Shown: one piece after another, positions 16,888 to 21,255 of the stretch
How positions within the stretch are numbered: position 1 is the stretch's first letter
Layout of the letters: each line of letters opens with the position of its first letter
Assembly (NCBI GenBank): GCA_046726415.1
Contig: JBKPAK010000317.1
Location: 1-21,255 of the forward strand
From: Candidatus Methylomirabilota bacterium
GTDB lineage: Bacteria > Methylomirabilota > Methylomirabilia > Rokubacteriales > CSP1-6
Length of the DNA: 21,255 nt
Direction: 5' to 3'
Translations under genes and position numbers: made by a program
Notes under the pieces: generated by a model
Databases searched by the model: none
What the model saw: only the letters and a program-made list of their open reading frames with translations
Told to the model about the DNA's origin: nothing

Positions 16888-17546
16888 ATGCGGGCTATGC
16901 ACGATCGCGAGGTCGGGCGAATTCGCGCCGCGGTCGCGAGGCGCATCGAACAGCGCGTCATCGCGGTGGCGCCTCACGCCGCAAAGTACGTTCATGCCGT
17001 GCCTGCCGCGGAGGCGACCGGGCTGGTGGCGGAGGTCTACGAACAGCTCGCTCGGGACTTCCAGATCGTTTCGCCGATCATCCTTCACTCCCCTGCGCCC
17101 CGGCTCCTCGCGGCCGTCTGGTGCGTGCTCAGAGAGACACTGGTCGCCGGGCGCGTCTCCCGGGCTCACAAAGAAGCGTGGCCACTGGCGTGTCACGGGC
17201 CAATGCCTGTCCGTACTGCGTCTCCGTACATGCCATGATGCTTCGTGGCACGGGCGAGACCGCCGTCGCGGAGGCGCTCCTCGCTGGGGAGGTCGACCAC
17301 ATCGAGGATCCCGAGCTGCGCAATCTCGCGCGCTGGGCGAGCCGGAGCCTCGCTCCTGAGGACCCGCTCCTCCGCAAGCCGCCATTCACCGCCGCACATG
17401 CTGCGGAGATCGTCGGCACCGCCCTGGCGTTCCACTACATCAACCGGTTAGTCAACGTGTTCCTCGGACCGTCGCCGGTGCCGGGATCGCGCAGACGGGC
17501 AGCTCGACGAGCCATCAAGTACTCGCGTACGGGGTCTTCGTCCTGA
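16888..17546 (+). pseudogene. AhpD/carboxymuconolactone decarboxylase-like protein, frameshifted near 17178 and probably 3'-truncated
   Basis: EATGLVAEVYEQLARDF...LHSPAP...KEA / VATGVSRANACPYCVSVH...FHYINRLVNVFL. Confidence 0.8.
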
Positions 17547-17717
17547 TCGCGACCGCCGGCGTCGGCGCCCCCGTCTTGATCTATTTCGCGATGGGGGACC
17601 GGTCGCGACCGGCTGAAGAACTGGATGGCCCGGAACAGCGCCCTGATCATGGCGGTGCTCTTGCTGATCATCGGCGTCAAGCTGATTGGCGATGGGATCT
17701 CCGCCCTCCTGGGCTGA
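17516..17717 (+). pseudogene. GAP/Sap-family membrane protein C-terminal fragment
   Basis: AYGVFVLIATAGVGAPVLIYFAMGDRS / RLKNWMARNSALIMAVLLLIIGVKLIGDGISALLG*. Confidence 0.7.
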
Positions 17718-17793
17718 ACGATAGATGGCGGAGTCGGCGCGACCTGGTGGCAGCGGCGGTCGGAGCGGGCACGGAGCCCTGAGGAGAAAGACG

Positions 17794-19617
17794 ATGGCGG
17801 CGAGACGCGTTCGTTTGGGAGTCGGCGCGGTCTTCGCGTTTGGAATTCTGCTAATCGCCGGTGGTGGAGGACGAGCGGCTGAGCGGCCACTCATGCGCGA
17901 TCTCGAGCTGGAGGCGCTGCAGGAAGCCGTCCGCTGGCCAGACCCCGACATTAGCACCACCGTGACCCTGGTGGGGCGGTTCATCGCCGCCCGTCGCGAC
18001 CAGGAAGCCTACGCGTACTTCAGGGACCGAGCGAAGAGCGCTCCCGATCGACCGCTCTTCCTCGCCCTCGAGGGGTTCTTCCAGGCTCGCGTGGCCGACG
18101 ACGTCTTCTTGCTGCGCCGGGTCGCGTGGGTCAACGACGCCGTCGCCAAGCTAGACCGATCTGTCGCGCTCGAGCCGGGGCTCCCGCGTTTCTTCCGCGG
18201 GCTCGTGCTCGCCGAGCTGCCGGCCCGTTTCGGAAAGGCGACGCAGGCCGTCGACGATCTCGACTGGGTCTTGCAGAACAAGGATCGCTTCCCGGTGGGG
18301 CTCCGGCGAAGCGTCTATCGAGGACTCGCCCGCGCCTACACCACCTTGGGCCGGGAAGGCGACGCGAAAGCCGCCCTGCAGCGATCGGGGTACACGTCAC
18401 TCGATCCAACCGCACCCGTGTTCACGACGGACTACTGGGTGACCGCGAAGGACGGTGCCCGTTTCCGCCCGCCCCGCCTCGTGGAAATGGCTCCCGGCAT
18501 CCACGTCGCGCAGGGCTACGACTTCGCCGACATCGCCTTCGTCCGCACGGCGGATGGCATCGTCACTGTCGACGCGGGGACCACCGAGGCCAACGCTCGG
18601 GCGGCCCTGGCCGCCCTCCGCGAGGTCACGGCCCAGCCCATCACTCACGTTCTCCTCACCCATGCGCACTGGGATCACATCGGCGGTCTGCCTGCGCTCA
18701 AGGGGCCAGGAACCCAGGTGATCGCGCAGGCCCGGTTCGCCGAGGAGCTGAAGATCGTCAATGCGACGGGCGTCCCGTTCCGGTACTTCTTCGGCGGAGA
18801 GGCGCCGCGCCGCTACGAGGCAGTCCCCGACCGCTTGGTTGACCGCCGCGAGACCTTGACCATTGGCGGCACTGACTTCGTGCTGTATCCGGTCCGGGGC
18901 GCCGAGACGGAGGACGCTCTCCTGATTCACCTGCCCGCGAGCGGCGTCCTGTTTGTCGGCGACACGTTCATGCCCTATCTCGGTGCGCCGTTCCTCCCCG
19001 AGGGCTCACCGGAGGCCCTCTTCGAAAACATCGCGCTTATCCGGTCCCTCGATGCTCGTCTTCTCCTTCACGGCCATCCGCCGCTCACCGAGTTCTATCC
19101 GGTCGCGGCCCTGGCCGGGTTCGAGGCGGCCATGCGCGAGCTCTACGCGACGGTGCTCGGGCGAATCGCTGAGGGACGGGCGCTCGCCGACACCCTGCAG
19201 GAGAACATCCTGCCAGGTGGGCTGCGCGAGCATCCGCAAGCCGTCCAGCCGTACCTGGTCTCGCGCGACAACTTCATCAAACGCGTCTACCACATGCGCA
19301 CCGGCTACTGGAAGGCGGACGGCGAAGGCCTCGAGGTGGTTCCACTCAAGGCGTGGGCGGGCGCGCTTCGCCTGCTCGCCGGCGGCCGCGAGGACGCGTT
19401 CGCCACCAGCGCCCGGGCCCTGCTCGCCCAGGGGGACCACGTGCTGGCCCTAAAGCTCGTGGACCTGGGCCTCGTGAACTATCCCGCCAGCCCTACACTG
19501 TCCGATCTGCGCCGGCGCGCCCTCGACGGGTTGCGCGCGCGCCATCAACAGCTGAATCCCTTCAAGTTCATCATCTATTCGGAGTGGGCCGGGGCCGACC
19601 TGCGGCCGCCCGAGTGA
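17794..19617 (+). CDS. Secreted metallo-beta-lactamase-fold hydrolase (alkylsulfatase-like) with N-terminal TPR-like region
   Basis: RBS GAGGAG; signal-peptide-like N-terminus; helical DAVAKLDRSVALEP..RFFRGLVLA; THAHWDHIGG, GAETED, FVGD, LHGH; helical C-terminus. Confidence 0.85.
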   Translation: MAARRVRLGVGAVFAFGILLIAGGGGRAAERPLMRDLELEALQEAVRWPDPDISTTVTLVGRFIAARRDQEAYAYFRDRAKSAPDRPLFLALEGFFQARVADDVFLLRRVAWVNDAVAKLDRSVALEPGLPRFFRGLVLAELPARFGKATQAVDDLDWVLQNKDRFPVGLRRSVYRGLARAYTTLGREGDAKAALQRSGYTSLDPTAPVFTTDYWVTAKDGARFRPPRLVEMAPGIHVAQGYDFADIAFVRTADGIVTVDAGTTEANARAALAALREVTAQPITHVLLTHAHWDHIGGLPALKGPGTQVIAQARFAEELKIVNATGVPFRYFFGGEAPRRYEAVPDRLVDRRETLTIGGTDFVLYPVRGAETEDALLIHLPASGVLFVGDTFMPYLGAPFLPEGSPEALFENIALIRSLDARLLLHGHPPLTEFYPVAALAGFEAAMRELYATVLGRIAEGRALADTLQENILPGGLREHPQAVQPYLVSRDNFIKRVYHMRTGYWKADGEGLEVVPLKAWAGALRLLAGGREDAFATSARALLAQGDHVLALKLVDLGLVNYPASPTLSDLRRRALDGLRARHQQLNPFKFIIYSEWAGADLRPPE

Positions 19618-19674
19618 GGTGCTCACGCCGGGGGTCGGCGACGTGACATCGGGGAAGACGGACTGGCCCTGGTA

Positions 19675-19782
19675 GACCTTGGCCGGATTCTGGACCATCG
19701 CCCGGACGGGGATGCCGGTGTGGAGCAGCGCCTCGACCACGAGGCGCCCATTGGTTCCGGTCGCACCGGTGATGAGGATCAT
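19675..19782 (-). pseudogene. NmrA-like gene 5' fragment (paralogue of 3151-3551)
   Basis: RBS GGAGGG; MILITGATGTNGRLVVEALLHTGIPVRAMVQNPAKV, after which similarity is lost. Confidence 0.8.
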
Positions 19783-19834
19783 CGGATTACCCTCCGTGCG
19801 GACGCTCCGAGGTATCAGTTTACCTGGCCGCGCG

Positions 19835-20141
19835 CGCGCTCTGGCGCAGGAACTCCCCAGCCTGCAGGGGCCGCGGGGATGCTGGGGGAAACTTCACGCC
19901 GGAAGGACTTTGGGAAGCGAACACGTATATAGGCGACCGGCTGCGCGCCGGCACTGCCGTTGTACGCGGTTGAGCATTCGGGGGAAGTGGAAGCGGGAGA
20001 GACCTTCACCCTGCTCAGTCGCGACGACCACGGGGTGATGGTGCCCGACATCACGCGAGTCTATGCGCACGGGAAAGATGATGTCGAACCATGCAGCGTC
20101 TCGTGCGCCTCCCCTCCCTATCTCCCCTCTGGCGTGAGTAT
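19835..20141 (+). pseudogene. MOSC/YiiM-like relic, copy B
   Basis: QELP / MLGENFTPEGLWEANTYIGDRLRAGTAV [deletion of the PCxK core] AVEHSGEVEAGETFTLLSRDDHGVMVPDITRVYAHGKDDVE / MQRLVRLPSLSPLWREY. Confidence 0.8.
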
Positions 20142-20565
20142 GTCTTCCCGGGCCGCTTCCAGAGAGCCAGCCGCACAAGCCAAACACCTGAACTTCCGGT
20201 TCTCGGCGGAGAGACCAGGGAGCGCGATTCGAAGAGCTCCCGCAAATGTTCTTCCATGATCGTCTCGTGGAGGGCTGGATGCCGCTGCGGATTCGGATTC
20301 ATCGTTATACCTCCGTCGCCTTCCATCCACCGCCGAGGGTTTGTGTGGCGCGATGAGCTCACGATGAGCGCTTGGTTCGTTTTGAATGCATCCGTCACCC
20401 GCCGCGTACAGCGAGCGCTGATCGTGGAATCGGCTCGTGAAGCGGCGGGACCTCGGAGATACGGCTCTCGGGACAACGCCGGCGCGACCCGACTGGCGTG
20501 GACGGCTTCGGTGAGCTGCTCCTGGCCGCGGTCGCCACTCCGAGCCGCGTCGTGCCGGCCGCCGG

Positions 20566-20801
20566 GACGCGGTAGATCGTGAGTGCGAGGGGCAGGATTT
20601 CATCGACAAAGCGGAGTCGCGTGTTCATTACCAAGCCTGGGCGTCTCGCAGGTCGGGACCTGGTTCGTCGTGCTCCCACATCAGGCCCGCGAAGATCGAG
20701 GGCCGGTACTCCATCAGCGGGCACGCGAAGCTAATGGCGACGATCAGACCGAGGTACGGGGCCCGAACGCCCGTCACCATCTTGATCGCTGTGAAATTCA
20801 T
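20566..20801 (-). pseudogene. ABC transporter permease (DevC/FtsX-like) 5' fragment
   Basis: MNFTAIKMVTGVRAPYLGLIVAISFACPLM..SIFAGLM / STTNQ / VMNTRLRFVDEILPL..IYRV across frames. Confidence 0.65.
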
Positions 20802-21117
20802 CGGTCGCTCTCCCGCGTTCTCGTCGATCAGTGTCTACGCGTCCGGTGAAGCGCGTTTGTCGAGCGCGTAAAGATTTGCAAAATGTCCGTTGAGGGGGGG
20901 TGAGCTGCGGGCAGGCCGAGGGCGTTCCCTATCAGGACCACCACACGCGACGTGTTGCCGTGAGCGACGTCGTCAGCGGACAGAACCGCACCACGACACC
21001 TCGCCTTGCGCCACCAGCTCGCCGTGTACAAGCGAACGGGACCCCGGCTGGGACTACCCTGGTCACCCGCGCGAGGTAGAGCTGAGCGCGTGCTCGTAGA
21101 CGGTGAGCCTGGCTCGG

Positions 21118-21255
21118 CTACTTTGCCTCGGCTAGGCCAGCTGCCTTCCGGATCTTGGCGAGCTGCCCGGCGTGGTCATTCCAGTGGTAGTCGAAGAGCG
21201 CTCCTACGAAGACGGGGATGGCGATCTCGTCGGTGCCCATGATCTGCTTGAAGAG
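21118..21255 (-). CDS. DinB/YfiT-like protein, 3' end (enters from the window edge)
   Basis: Not in the ORF track: LFKQIMGTDEIAIPVFVGALFDYHWNDHAGQLAKIRKAAGLAEAK*, with an HxxxHxxQ motif. Confidence 0.65.
   Translation of the reverse strand, partial: LFKQIMGTDEIAIPVFVGALFDYHWNDHAGQLAKIRKAAGLAEAK

Noticed and set aside
19915..19935. CCTATATACGT-GTTC on the minus strand as a second IS91 ori/target junction
   Set aside because: Explained by MOSC coding sequence (ANTYIGD) on the plus strand.
20150..20560. Minus-strand pieces such as MEEHLRELFES / ENRKFRCLAC
   Set aside because: Frameshifted and unidentifiable; insufficient support for a call.
20828..21117. Short ORFs between the ABC permease relic and the DinB-like gene
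   Set aside because: No recognisable motifs or RBS.
1..21255. CRISPR array, rRNA, tRNA, phage structural genes
   Set aside because: No regularly spaced repeats or recognisable RNA-gene or phage motifs were seen by eye.

Overview
High-GC bacterial accessory region made of a few intact modules separated by about 20 gene relics. Intact or near-intact: tautomerase (cut by window edge), DUF2867-like, DUF1330, HxlR-SCP2 regulator, TetR plus cupin, GT4 glycosyltransferase plus SAM methyltransferase, a MazF/PemK-RHH toxin-antitoxin pair, an OmpR/histidine-kinase pair divergent from three methyltransferases, MarR, a secreted TPR/metallo-beta-lactamase-fold (alkylsulfatase-like) protein and a DinB-like 3' end. 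Relics: SnoaL x2, NmrA x2, MOSC x2, OLD/SMC-like ATPase, Tat-signal Rieske-like, SthA, GMC, cupin, HATPase, MATE, AhpD, GAP, ABC permease, and IS5/IS1182-type and IS91-type transposases. No rRNA, tRNA or CRISPR array was seen. I cannot demonstrate a complete novel system. Best leads: a sigma54 promoter and Tat signal fused in frame to DUF1330; two diverged MOSC relics sharing one frameshift; an attC-like hairpin next to an IS91/ISCR-like ori end; and the two-component-linked methyltransferase trio, which includes a predicted lipoprotein. All family calls come from motif recognition by eye, not from database searches.
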